A stretch of 63,995 nucleotides of DNA, counting the filler, from Intoshia linei (Eukaryota > Animalia > Orthonectida), in the NCBI GenBank assembly GCA_001642005.1. It is 9 parts of 9 records of this genome, joined end to end, with 100 filler letters (N's around TTAATTAATTAA, not from the genome) between each part and the next. Parts side by side here need not be neighbours in the genome. Positions count along the whole stretch, not along the records: positions 18,274 to 40,940 come from LWCA01000585.1; positions 41,041 to 43,704 come from LWCA01002251.1; 7 more parts are not named here. One strand, written 5' to 3'. Shown in pieces: positions 26,670-41,220 of the stretch (within the stretch, counting starts at the first letter, position 1; every line of letters starts with the position of its first letter). Both the position numbers and the translations under genes were made by a program. The notes beneath the pieces were generated by a model. It ran no database searches and had not been told where the DNA came from. It saw only the letters and a list, made by a program, of their open reading frames with translations.

Positions 26670-29600
26670 TCAAGATTTATACATTTGCTTTTCTTCGTGC
26701 CTGTTGGAGGATTTTTTATGAGGAGATTTAATTTTATCTTTACGAGCTGAGAGAACATGTTTTGAAATATCACGTCTAATGCGCTCATGTTTAGAAGGTT
26801 CATGTTTTGAATGTTCAGTTTTTTCTGTTTTATAGTTTTTTTCGCTTTTAGATGAAATCTTCCGTTTCTCACTTTTATCTTCTTTTGATTTTATTAATTG
26901 TTCAATTTTTGGTTTATCTTCCCGTTTGGGTAGTTTGTTTTTTCTTTCAGGAGATTTACTAGATTGTCTTCTTTTAGATCTTTTAGCTTTATCTTTTTTA
27001 ACACAAACTACAGAAGACGAAATTTTTCGATTGATAGACGTTTCGCTCTTTCTTTTTTTGTGACCAAGACTTGAATCTTTACTCTTGGTAGAAATTCTCA
27101 AGTTTTTATCATTATCTATTTTAACCTTTTCTCCCAATCTATCATAAACACTAGCAGTATGAGCAACTGGAGATGCAATGGTACTATTTTTGGTAATTTT
27201 AATGCTATTCAAGTTTTTATCAGATTTTTTTTCCTTTTTATTTTTAACATTATTTACTTCCACCTGATGAATTTCAAGATTTACAGTTGGTTTTTGTTTT
27301 TCCAATTTCTGAAACAATTTCAAGTCATTTTTATCAATTTCTTTGGGTTTAAAGTGAATTTTAGACACGTTCGATACTTTTTCATTTTCTGAGCATTTAA
27401 TGTTCTCTGGGAATTTTGTTTTATCCAGTTTTATAACATTAATTTCAAGTTTCTGAGGTTTGGGTGGATTGACAGGTTTCAAATTCACAATATCATTTTT
27501 TTTGCTATACTTGGAAAGAGATTTTCCAGATACATTGATTTTTATCGATCTGGAATTATTTGAGGTTATAGGTTTACGTTTAAAAACATCATATTCTTCG
27601 TTTTTATGCTTTTTATCATCTTTTAATCGAATGTGTTCAGAGTGCGAATTAGAATCCTTGTCATTTTTATCAGAATTTCGTCTTTTTTTTAAATTTTTTT
27701 CATCATGACTTCTTTTTGATTCCTTAGCTTTGCTTTTATTGTTCATTTCTGAGTCACCATTAATACCATTAGTTAATGACTTTGGTTTTGAACGTTTTTC
27801 ATAATTTACCAATTCATCATTTTCATTGTTATCAATTTTTGCAGTCTTAATCTCTGTAACACCCTTGAGTTTTGATTCAATCACGTCAAGTTCATCAACT
27901 TTAAGACTCGTTTTTTTCACGTTTTTTGACAGTCGCTTGATTTTAATATCAGCTAGTTTAATAACCTTATCATTTTTATCACTTTCTTTTTTTGGTAATT
28001 TTACAGAATCCTTGTCGTCGTGTTTAAGAATATTGTCCAACTTTTCTTTGCGTTTTACAGTTTTATCAACTTTAACTTCTTTGTCAATGCGATAATCTTT
28101 ACGTTTCATGTTTTTAGTATCTTTTCGATGTCTACTATCATCCTTTGTGTGTTTTTTGTGTCTTTTTTCCTTATCCCGTTTTCTATTGTCAGAATCGCTC
28201 ATAGAATAATCAGAAATTGAATCAGCACTCAACAAGTTGGTCGTCATTTTTCTAGGTATAAATGGTTTACGTGACTTTTTCCTCAAAGGAGACGATACGT
28301 CTCTACGTCTTCTATCTATTGACGGACTTCGGCTACTAGAATACTCCGAACTGTAACGAGAGTGGCTATACCTAGAATTACGACGATAACTTCGTCGTCT
28401 CGAATAAGATCTTGACCTATCTCTAGAATGCGATTGATCACGTTTCTTGTAAGTATTTCTATCACGGCTTATACTCCTAGTATTGACATTTATATTTTTA
28501 AATGTTAAATCAAACCTATCCGAAGAATAATAACGACTGCTACATGATCTCCTTTTATATCGATACTTGTCATAATAATCATCTCTATATTTATCGGAAC
28601 GATATCGTCTACCTTCGTTTAAGGGTCTATAATTAAAATAAATTAAATTTTAAATTAACCAAACCTATCGTATTTATTTGGTCTAGAATTAGATTTGTAA
28701 TAAGCATTGTGGTTCGACTGAATTTGTTGAAACGGGTTCACCATTGGCCTAGATTTTAAATCAAATTAATTATAAAATATTTTTACCAATTGTACATTTT
28801 CGAATAAGCTTGTGGCATCATTCGTTCATAATTCATCATCATACTAAATAAAATGAAAATATATCAAAAAAATGTATACTTTTGATTCATGTAATAGTTC
28901 ATCATATTTGGAGGGCACGTGTTCATCTAAAATTATCATTATAATTCAATTATTGATAATTACATTCAATCATTCTCAAATATATACACTACTAATCAAG
29001 GCAAATAATCAATATTCCTAAAAAATAGGACCGAAGGTAATGTTTTAAAAAATTAGTAATCTGTTTAGTATACATCAGCGACACTAGTGACACAGTCAAA
29101 TTAAATAGATTAAATTAAATTAATATAAATCTAAAGAATCTGTTGCAACTTGTAACGTAAAATTTTCAGAATGCTATAATCACTTTGAGTACAAAGTCCA
29201 GAAATGATAAAACTGCAGTAAAAATTAAATTTCAATAATTTATCGATTTCAATCAACCGACAGAGATGAGAAAGCGACCCGTTTCCTTTGATTCCAAATG
29301 AAACTCTAATAAACCCATTAAATAAGTGTTTCCCAACCGTGGGGTTGGTTTCCTACACCACCGGTGGAACATTGGAAATTTGTTGCACAGTGTAATTATA
29401 GTCATTTATCTTGGCTAACATAACTTAAATCATATATTACAGAATTAGCAAAAAAACAATATTAAATCATTTAAAAATATACGTTTTGAACATATTAGAT
29501 TTATAGATTTTGCATTGTGGTTGACGTAACCTTTTATGGTTGACTTATTAAATGTAAATGTCATATACCAACAAGAATTGTATATAATATAGTAGTCTCA

Positions 29601-32600
29601 ACCTTTTTTGAGCCATCGCCCCACAATGAAAAAATTTTCATTATTACAGAATAATTATTGTATTAAAAATATTTAATAAAAAGTAATCATAGAAATAATA
29701 ATAAAATAATTTTTTGTGAGTGAGCTGTTGTATCAGCACCAAAAATTTTGACAAAAAAGTTAAGGCAAAATTTTTTTCAAATAGGCCTGATAGTTTTTAA
29801 GAGTGAAAGTGGGACTAGCATAAAAAAAGGTTGGGAAATACTGCATTAAATGGAAAACGCAATTACAATACCGAAATAGAAAAGATTCAAACTCAAATAC
29901 TAGCAATTAGTTATATTTAATTTGCATTTTTATCTTTACTATTTAAGAAAAAGCGGACCATGGACCAGAATAGAAAAGTGGATTATTTTTTTCAAAATTT
30001 AAAAATTAAAATTAGTTATATTCAGCTAAAAGTAACTTTCGATATCAAAAAGCGGAACATTTGCACTGAAAAATCTTGAAAAAATTTATAAACTAAAAAA
30101 ATAATTTAAAATGATCATTTCTCCCATGATATTAATCAGTCTGTTTAGAATTTAAAATTTGGAATCTCTGTTTAACGCTTCTGAAAATAAATTAATTAAT
30201 AAATTTTAAATTTAATATATGGTTATCATGAAAATATATTTTTCGTCTATAGCAAGGGTGTCAATTATGCGGTCCTCGGGCCATTTACGGCCCGCGTTAT
30301 AATATAAATATTTATTTTTTATAACAATTTTTTACACATATTTCTTATTTTACAGTTTTTTCATATAGTTTCATATATAGTTATATATATAGTTAGTCAT
30401 ATTAATATACAAATATATACAATTTCATGATTTATTTATTCATTGTTACAATTTTTACACTTATTCCATTTTTGTTGTTTCATATTTCATATTATGAATT
30501 AAAATTATTATAAATTAATTAAATCTGTTAGTTCTAACATAATTTTTTGAGTAAAGATTTTTTTTGTGCGCCCCACGTAATAATTTTTTTTCACATTTGG
30601 CCCACCAAGCAAATTGAGTCTGACACCCCTGGTCTATAGTCATCTCCATCTTATTGTAGTAGAATTTGATCCACTTAAAAAAACTAAATTTTGTTAACTC
30701 AAATATCAGCTTACATGTATAATTATCAGCAGTTATTTCTTAAACTATTTTAATTAAAACTCTCAATATTGTCTCCAATGGAAACACGGATTTTTTGTTT
30801 TGTGAAAACCCTAGTGTTAACACCCTAGTCTCCATATACTTTAAATATTGCCAACAAAATAATAATTCAATTTTAATAAAATATATTAAAAGCTAATCAA
30901 GCGTTATTAACAATCAATAAATTATTGGATACTAATGCATAGTTTCCAAATTAAGGAATATCCTTAGAAATTTGCAATTACAAACATTGCTAAAATAGGA
31001 TCAACTTTTAGTAACGTATAATTCGACTGATTTTAATTTACACAATGTGAATTTAAATAAGGATAAAATAGTACCATATACGGAACAGGAGTATTGGTAA
31101 CGTTTGGTATTTTACTAAAGAAATGTATAAAATAAAATGCAAAGGTAAATTTACTTATTTTTAACGTCTGATTTACTAGACAAAGTGGATATGGAGCTGT
31201 TATCTTTGTCCTTTTCTAGTTTAATGTTTCCTATATTTTTCAAATCTTTAATATCATCACTGTTGATCGAGTCGTTTCGTGGGGTCAATGATTTTAAGCT
31301 TTCCTGGTCAGCAAATACTTTATTCGAGATGCTTTTATTTTTTGATTCTACTGTGCGTCGAATTGCTATCACCGTCATGTCCATTTCCCGCGTAAACGTA
31401 GAAACTGCTTGTCTCAATTGTTGATTGGCAATTAAACTATCCGTCAACATTATATCATTGCACGTGCACTTTTTTTCTTTTATCAGTTTATTTCGTATAC
31501 CTAATAAAAGTTATAAATTTCTATTTCTGAAACAATGCATATAAATTACAGTTCATATCAATTCAAATATTAATAAAATACAAAAAATTAGGGTATACAA
31601 ATTAATATTAAAACATACGCTTCGAAATGTCAAATAACAGGAAAAGCTTAAAGAATCCAGTTATTACTAGGCATATACTAATAAGGATCGCAAAAATGAG
31701 TACATAAATTTATAGAAATGGTTTTAAAAATGCAAAATCCTGTTATCGGTTAATTTAAGACAGCTTACTAGTTTCATTAGTGTTAACACTATGCGTGTCA
31801 TATATTTGATATTCAGTGGTTAGAAAATATACAAATGTTATCCCACGCACAGTGTTAAATTGTCATCAAAAAATATCAAATATTATTCACAATCTGATAA
31901 TTCAACCAAAATAAGAAAAAATATATTAATCGCTTTTTTTTGTTTGCAGAGTAAATATGACTAATATTTTTATAAATACTAAAAAATATTCCGACAAAAC
32001 CCAGGATTATACAATAGTCTACGTTAATTTTCAGTTGACTTATTAAATCAATTTAAAAATGCAACTCTTGAGATAAATTTAAATCCATTTAGAATCCAGT
32101 CAGACGTAGACTTTTCTTAAATAAAATATCACACCCTGGAAGATGCACTGTTAAAAAGAGAAATATATTTACTAAGTAAACAATCACAATTTACCGTAAT
32201 TATTAGCTAAATAGTTTAATATTTTCTTAAGTTTAGTTTATAATCTAGAAATATTTTGACAATTAGTTTAACTTTCCAGTTAAAAAAAATTCATCATACA
32301 CTACATTAACTCGCTACATAATGAGAAAATAACCAATATTAATTAAGCGAATCAACAAATATATAGTTTATTCTGCTGATATGCATACTCCATTTCCAAG
32401 AACTGTTAATTTTAGGTAGAATTGAATTAAAATTATGATGCACATATCATATGGGTAAACTCCGCTCCAGTACTTCTAAGTTTAAATATACATTTAAAAT
32501 TAATATATAGCATTGTGAAATACTGGAAGGGGATTAAAAAAATACTGTATATAACAGTATTTCCAAATCAAAGATTACTAGATATTGCATAAAAAGAAAA

Positions 32601-35600
32601 CTAAATAATTATTAAAGATTGCAAGGGAACTACGACCATTTTGATTATAGGTCTTCTCATGTCCAAAGTTTTTAATGTTATTTGGCAGTGATTAAGAATA
32701 TCATTAAAATTGAAGGGCTATGAAAAAATTAAACAATTCATGTTAATGTTAAACTATCTCAACTGACTCACGAAGACAGGTTTTCATTGTTTTTCAGGTA
32801 ACAGTAAATATCCAATCTTGAATTTAATGAAATTGATAGCATATCAAAACTTTAAAGCGGAAAACGCAGAGCTTTTCTTTCGATTAAAATTTTATTGAAT
32901 CCGATATTTTTTATTTTTAAGTAAATCATCGTAATCCTATCGGCCCGAATCTAGCTACATAATTGGCTTATATTGATAGAAGTATATCTATATTTTAAAT
33001 AGCACACCTTGGTCACAAACTAATTAGACGGTAGCTTGTGCATCAACTACTAAACCATATCTAAGCAAAGTGCGGCCTTCTTAAAAATTTTTGCTGTCCG
33101 CGAGTAAAATTAAAAATAATTTAAATTGAATTAATGCAAAAAGTAGCATTAAACTAAATCTTAGACAACTAAAAAAAATAAATCTAAAAAAAAAGCAAAA
33201 TCTCCAAGTATAAATGAAATATGTTAATAATCAACAATAATGATTTAATGTTTTATAAATTCTGACGAATTTGAGAATTTACTCCATTCAAATACATTTA
33301 AAGAGTAAATGTATTGACTTTTTCCTTACAACATTCTTAAACTAGTGAAAATAAGTATAAGGGTTTGTAATATTGATTAAAAAAGAAAACGAAGTGAAAT
33401 GTAAAAATTTTTCTTGGTGGCCAGCCATAAAATAAAATGTGCAGTGTGACCTGTTGCACGAAAAAGGGTGCCCATCCCTGAACTAAACCATAATATATAG
33501 CAAATCAATTAATTGTAAAAACTCCTTCAATTTTGAAACCATGTATCCATTAGCAAAACCATTCCAATGCAGAGGAAGGATGCTACTATAATTTTTTACA
33601 GCCTACAATTTTCTGTACAATAGAAAGCAGTTAAAATGATAATCAACATTAATAATAAATAAATGTATTAAATCAGTTGAATTAACTAATATTTTCCAAC
33701 GACATGATTAATTTAAGTTTTATCGATTTCAAGAATTTTGTATATATAAAAAGAAGAATGGCCATTTTAATATACTATTGCAAAATTGTCATTACGATTA
33801 GTAAGCATACATTATGAAACTGTGCATTTGAATCAAACTTAATTCAACGATTATAACAAAGCAAATTCGCTAAATCTATCTAATTAATGGAACAATTACG
33901 TAGTGTTTCAAGTAACGTATAATAAGCAAGATAGACGATTTTAAGATGAAAATAAATCAATACACAATTAGATAAAAATTCCAAAAGGTGGACAAGTCCA
34001 ATCAGTTTAATATGCCAATAATAAACCTGATGGAATTGAATACAATAATTATAATTATAAAATTACGTGTCTAGCAATTACATTGAAATATAACAAATTG
34101 GGATTGGACAAATAAAATTGAACAGGAAATTTTATTTTAAAATAAAATATTAATTATTTAAACTAAAAATCTAAACAGTTGAAATATTTAACATAAATTA
34201 AAGAATATTACCAGTTTAACCTGCTAACCAATGAATACATTTTATAATTTTCAAAACAAAAGTTTTGTATAAATAATAATAAAAATTTTTTATTTTTACA
34301 ATGCATATTGCTATTGCAGTGTAAATATTTTTGATTCCATTTCAACCCCTTAAACTCATCTTTGAATTGTATAAAGATAAAAATGATTTCCTTTATTTCG
34401 TATTTTTTTTGTTATTCCAGCCACAATCCAAGTGAGCCATTGGATAAATACACATTGCGCTATCCACACATATATAACAAAAACGAATCATTAAATCAAT
34501 AAGGATGATAGGTTTTAGATAGCTAAGGAATTTGAATTGATATAAACTGTAAATGGGAAATAATTGAAAAACAAACATTCATCGCAGAAACTAACGCCAC
34601 AGCAGGGCATAATGACCGCCTCGAGTAAAAGATTTTTGCAAATATAGCATAGCAATTCCGCAGGTATTTTTATGTCTGGGTTTGGATTCGATGGTCCTTT
34701 TATATTGTTTTGTTTTGGCACACGTTCAGCCTGACTATACATGTGAGCTTGTCTAATGAAAAATTAAAAAATTCATAAAATCCTCTTACAAATCCATAAT
34801 GTTCACAGCATACTCTCCATGATTGTTTAGCATTGCTCCATATATATTTGAGTCCTTCACAAGTACCATTTGGTCGGATGGTATTCCAGAAGCCATAGGA
34901 ACTTTAGGTTTGCCCTAATAGATACATTAATAAATACAAAGCTACAATGTACTATCAAACAGAAAAATAACGTCATCTGAAGGAATACAAATACATGAAA
35001 TTTCTGTATTTACAAATCTATACAGAATTGTAAAGAAATACTTTTTTAAAAAAATATAAAATTTAATATCAATATTGTCCAAAAAATGTTGAAATAATTA
35101 AATAAAAATCATGATATCTCGTATTGTTATTCCGTGGTAACTACTAATGTATAATAATACTAATTTTGTGTAGAAAGGTTGATAATATGGTATCGCAAGC
35201 AGTCTACTGATTGGACAGATACTTAATAAGTTGTAAAAATAAAATAGACATCAATTAATAATTAAAAAATTACAAATGCCGAGTTGGGATTTGGACAATC
35301 TTGAATAAAATGCCCTCTTACTCCACATTTGAAGCATATATACGTTGGACCAGGTATTTTTGGAGGAGCGTATCTAAAATAAATGTATACAAGATTGTCT
35401 TTTAAAAAATTATTACGCCGATTTGTCATAATTAGCGCTGGATTGGTTAATGATGGCCATCACTTTAGCTTCCTCGTTAGGGTCGATAGTAGAAAAATCT
35501 CCAACCTAAAATATCATGTAGTATATGTATAATATGTGTAAATATTATGTATTGGATTTACATTTTTTAATTTATTCAGCATCGTCAAACGTTCATTTTC

Positions 35601-36371
35601 AATATCTTTTTGAGAACGGCTACATTCTTCCACTGATTTTTCCCTAAATGTTATCAAGAAATTTTTAAAAATAGACATACAAAACCAAACCACCGACTGG
35701 AACTCTGGCTACCAAAACTGAAGTGTTTTTCTTTATCCTTGTAGACATTTCAGTATAAACTAAATTAAATTGAAAACTTACATTATTAAAATGTTAATTA
35801 TATAGTTTCCACAGTGGGATGTGTTAAACTTATTCGCTAGATACAAAATATTGATTGAAAATTGTGCAATAAGTTTGAAATAAATTCTAAATCGATCGGT
35901 ATAAAATTGACTTAAATTTTTCAATAAATTATTTGTATCGCTCATTTCAAAATTTAATTTCAATGCATATTAAAATTGATATAGGCAAAATGTGAAGCGT
36001 AGGTAATTGTTTTTTATCGTTTTAGGTTTGTGTACCTTATTCCTGATAATTCTAAAGTCAAAATCTTAAAATTATAATAAAATTCAGATTTAACATGTAT
36101 TACATTGCATATTCATGACCCAACTGCCATAGTTTTAATAAAAAATAAACAGAATTTGCGAAAACGTTAAAATTTGTCAACCATTTTATTAACAAAAAAA
36201 ATTACCTTGTTTTGTTAAAGCATCGGATATTTGAAGATCAAATCCATTCGTAGCCATTTTTTTTTGGTTCATAATCAAGTCCTTTACATTTTCAATAGAA
36301 ATACTAGCACCATCAAAAGTAATGGATTGATAATCCTTGTTACTTCGAAATTTATAATGTATTTTCGACAT
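26670..36371 (-). CDS. RBBP6: E3 ligase / 3'-processing factor RBBP6 (DWNN, zinc knuckle, RING, RS and Lys-rich tail)
   Basis: MSKIHYKFRS...FDLQI / NTSVLVARVPVGG (DWNN); CFKCGVRGHFIQDC (knuckle); IPAELLCYICKNLLLEAVIMPCCGVSFCDEC|IR (RING); RS region ~28.3-28.6 kb; 538-aa basic terminal ORF. Confidence 0.93.
30253..30631. mobile_element. hAT (Buster/Charlie-type) MITE in an RBBP6 intron; related sequence from 22028
   Basis: TIRs CAAGGGTGTCA...TGACACCCCTG with a perfect 8-bp TSD GTCTATAG on both sides. Confidence 0.9.
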
Positions 36372-38027
36372 GGCTAAAGTCTGAGGTTATTTGAGTTGAG
36401 AGAAATCAAACACTATGTTTAAGTTTGAGAGAAGATAAAATAATTTTACAAATTATTCTCAAAGCTAATGAATTGTTTCTATAGATAAAAACGAAATAAA
36501 CGTTTATATTTTTCATAAATATTTAATGTTCATGGTTACTGTACAAACGTAATAATGATTACTATGGAATTAACAATATTTAGTCTACATAAAATGAATG
36601 AAATGAAATAGCATGCAACTTGCAATCTGCGTACTTTGTTAAATTATTGATTTGTAAATTTTGTAGATTGTATGTTTTGTACTGTAATCTGTTTGCAGCA
36701 AGCAGTGCTTAGCTTTAACCAAGTCTGATATTAGTAAATCGTGTTATCATACATATCCTTTGCTTATATAAAAATAAATGTCTGTAAACATTTATTGAAA
36801 AAACTGACAGTCGCAGGATTTAAAAAACCTAATTTATAATAGTGTTTTCCCCAGGACGTGCTTTTATTTATTTTTCAGTTTTAGAGTCCTTCGGGGTAAA
36901 AAACCCAATTTTCTCTTTTGTTAAAAAAAAAAATCAGCCTAAAAATTTGATAAAAGATATTCTGGATTGTTTTTAAAATCATAAATGGAAACCTCATAAC
37001 ACAATTTAAATTTTAAACGATTAAAACAAAAAATTTGAAAAAATTAATGGTCCTACAATTAAAAAAATTGTTCTGATAGAAATTATTCCATTTGATCTAA
37101 ATACAAAATTTCAACCCCAGAAGTCTATGCATTCCATGTTAAAATTAATTTTTAATATATTATCGATTCTTGTTTAGTTTAGGCCCATAAAATGAAGTTT
37201 AGAAAATGGAACTTTTTTGTTAAATTTTAAATTACGGGCTTAAACTAAACAAAACCCATATTATCGAACGAATTAAAATTAAAAATGACAACGTAAAATA
37301 ATCATCCTACAATTTAAAAAAAAAGTGTGCATTGAACGTCTACACATTTCCAATAAAGAAATATGGGTGGAAATCTATATAATATATTCCTTCGAAATTT
37401 TTTTCATTGCTGCGCAATTTTTAAATGTCAAATTCTCATTTTCAAAACATTTTGAATAAAATTTAAATAGAAACTAAAACAACTTTATAATTTTTATATT
37501 TATTACAATTTTTTGCAAATTTGGTATGTTTATAAAGTGAAGATTCGGTTAATTATATGATACATAATTGGTATTTTTTCTAGAATTTGTGATATTTATG
37601 ACAATTTTTAGGATTGCACTATTTTTACTTTATTTTTAATATTATACACATACGGTCTAATAAATAAAAAAAATAACAATTTTATTTAAAGTTCTTTACA
37701 CATACATGTATGTATGTTAACAAAATAAATTTAACGTTAAATAATTCACTTTAAATTAAAAAGTAATGTAATATGACGGTTCCACGTGTAACAAGTTTAG
37801 AACCACTCCAATAAATGATTTATAATGTTGAAAAATTGTGCATTTATTAAACATTTCACTTTTGGTGAGATAGAAATTGGTAGATTTGGTTTTTCTTCAT
37901 AGCCGATGAATAAAAATTGTAAAAGTTAAAAATCAGAGTGCAGACAAATTAAAATGTTGGTCATAATAGTGATAAAATGTTTTAAAAAAATATCCATAGC
38001 TAAATTAAAATAAAGGTCAACTCTAAA

Positions 38028-40110
38028 ATGAATTATATTAAAAGTACAAATTTTATAAAAATAGGCAAAAGATTTAAATGTATAGATTTAACAAATTTTT
38101 GTATTTTGTATTTTTATAGCAAGTTCTAATTTCAATTGGAATCTAAACAGTTTAGTAGAAAATAAAAATCCAAGGTATTTCTATTTAAATTTTTTGTAAA
38201 TATCATTGATAAATCAGGTTTTCATATTGTAATAAGTCCAAGGGTGATTTCACTACTTCACTCAATCAAAGTAAAACTAATTATCCCGATTAATTCAACT
38301 ATAAATATATATATGAGATTGTATCGTATTACAAATTTGACATATTTATTCATATTAATGATAATTATCATTACTATAATATTGTAATATTAATTGATGT
38401 ATGCATCGTAAATATAAAACGATAATTTTTTCTTCACAAAAGTTTTATATCCGTAGTAAGGCACGTACTAATAATATTTTTAGTTAACTTGATTTTTAAA
38501 ATACGATATCAAGATTAAAGTTGCTGAACATGTAAAGAATTTTGTTTTATACTTATAAAGTCTAAATTAGAATTCATATTTACATTTATATATTTGTTAA
38601 CAATAATATTTTTTTTATTGCATCATTGACTCGAAATAATCTAAAATATACAGTCAAACTCGTCAATAATGAACCCTAAATATCCATTTTTGAGAAATAA
38701 TTTAATGTAGATTAATTTAGGAATCTGGAATTGATGAATTTAGCAGTAAAAAGTAAAGGTTGGGATTTGAATATGAACCGAAAAGAATATTATATCAAGT
38801 AGTTAATATGTTTATTACTAGGTTGACTGTTATGTACTACGTACAAACATCACCTAGCTTTGCAGAGGTCTGCAAAATCTTACTATTCACTATTATCAAT
38901 CATTTAAAGGAGTGGTTCCCAAACTTGTTTCAGGTGGAACCATCATATCCTACTACTTTTTACTTTAAAGTGAATTATTCCATTTTAATTAATGTTTGTT
39001 AACATTTGCGTAAAGAATTTTAAAAACAATTGTTGTCCCATTTTTTTAATTTATTAGACAGAATGTGTGTATAATATTAAAAATAAAGTAAAAACAGTCC
39101 AATCCTAAAAATTGTCATAAATAGCATAAATTCCAAAAAAATAAAATTAGTCCAATACTAAAAATTGTCATAAAGGTGTGAGTTTTGGAAATTGAAATTT
39201 ATATTATTATATGTAAAATATGTCATAAATAGCATAAATTCCAAAAAAAATAAAATTATAAAAATAATATATATTCACTGAATATTATTCAGTACCAATT
39301 TAATAAATACTTAAAAATATTAATTATGTATTTAATTAGCCGAATCTTCACTTTATAAACATATTTCCGGTGAATTTTACCCGTAAGATGTGAATTTGAG
39401 AGGTTGATATTTATTTTGCTAACACCTCCGGAAAAAACTGTAATTGAAATGTGAACTTTATAAAATTATAAGACGGGTAGTTATTGAAAAAAGTAGAACA
39501 CACACACAAACAAATATAATGTAGAATATTACTGTATAATTAGTGTATAAGTAAGGATATTTTAAATTATGATATATTTTGTTTTGCCATCAGCATTCCA
39601 AATTGTAATGAATATATTTGATTGAAATATTGTGAATGTGAAGTGAATAATGTAAAACGCCTAAGGGATATCTTAGGGAAAATTAAAAAACGAAAAAAGA
39701 TTGTGTTTTGTATATTTTTTAAAATCATAAGCATTATTAATTCAAATTTAAAAACGAAAAGGTCTGCCCTCGGCAGAGCTAGCTGCTGTTTGTACGAAGT
39801 ACATAACAATCTACTTAGTATTGTACAAAATTAACATCAAATTAATCTTATGTTTTCATAATTCCAATGAATTCGTGAAATTTCCCGGGTCCACCAAAAT
39901 TTCATCAAACCCCACGGTTAGGAAATACTGATATATAGCTCTGATTGTATTTATTTTTAATTTATACACGTATGTAAAATAATATAATTTAAATAGAGTC
40001 TGTTTGGATGTGACTAATCGGAATGTCACTGCCAATTGTGTCCATCGATGGAGAGGATCATTGTTGACAGTATCCACTAAAGATACTGATATTAGTAAAA
40101 ATTTAAAAAG
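38028..40110 (+). CDS. MRPL18: Mitochondrial ribosomal protein uL18m, 5' four exons (38028-38079, 38120-38174, 38721-38799, 39997-40110); 3' end not seen
   Basis: Basic presequence MNYIKSTNFIKIGKRFKS, then VENKNPRNLELMNLAVKSKGW...YYIKVCLDVTNRNVTANCVH...VSTKDTDISKNL, matching MRPL18 NRNPRNLE...GW and STRE..I...L. Confidence 0.85.
38818..39557 (-). mobile_element. Non-autonomous Helitron with both termini, in an MRPL18 intron
   Basis: 5' A|TCCTTACTTATA; 3' hairpin TGTTTGTAC-GTA-GTACATAACA then GTCAACCTAG|T. The same 3' end occurs at ~5094, 22545 and 48515, always followed by T. Confidence 0.8.
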
Positions 40111-41220
40111 GTATAGATTACATTAATATTATAAAAGTTATCCAAAGGGATCGCCAAAATCCACTACTTGTCGTGGATCCCAATTTTTAATTTTAAAGCA
40201 TCGGCTTTTAAATATCTTAAGAATTCCACACTTCATATTTTATAAACATTTTCGTATACATTTTAAAATTTTTAATACAATGTTGTGCACTCCAATACGA
40301 AATACTGTTCATTTCGATAGAAATACAGAATGGACATTGCACACACTTTAAAATATTTTCAATAACATTTGTCTAAATTTTCTCAAAGTTCTGATTGAAA
40401 AAACTGATGTATGGGTTTACAGCAGTGGTTCTTAACCTTTTTGACCTATGCACTCCTAAATATTGATCTTAATGAATGTGCACCCCTGATTAAAAATCAA
40501 TTAATACAATATTAATTATAAATAAAGTGTTAACTAGTTACTTAAATTAAACGATACAATTTAAGAATTAAAACTGATGTGGTGATAATAATGGTCGTGG
40601 AGAGCTAGTAGTAGACCCGGGCTCGATGGAAGGTATAGGCCCCTATAAAAAATTTTTTAAAAATTGATTTCTATACATTAATTAATTATCAAACATTCAT
40701 TATCTAAAAATTAAAGATAACCATTGGAAATCATATTGATTATCTTAATTATGATATACATAAATTTTTCATCAATACCTATTAATAAATTAAAAAAGTA
40801 GGCCCTCATGATTGTAAAGACGGGACATATGAACCTCTCCACGACCTTGTCTGTACTAACTTCAAACCTTCATAAATATGAAAACGTGTCAACTATCATA
40901 TCCACTAAAAGTTTTGTAAGTACTACTGCAATATCCAGTANNNNNNNNNNNNNNNNNNNNNNNNNNNNNNNNNNNNNNNNNNNNTTAATTAATTAANNNN
41001 NNNNNNNNNNNNNNNNNNNNNNNNNNNNNNNNNNNNNNNNATTGAACGTCTACACATTTCCAATAAAGAAATATGGGTAAAAATCTATATAATTGATTCC
41101 TTCAGATTTTTTTTCATTTTCAAAAAATGTAAGTCTATAACTACAACAACGAAGTACAAAATATAACTTTGTTATTATCATATTATTGTATATACTGTAA
41201 TAATAATTGTATATAATAAC

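Noticed and set aside
27159-28220. Several plus-strand Phe/Ser/Leu-rich ORFs
   Set aside because: Antisense shadows of the Lys-rich RBBP6 terminal exon
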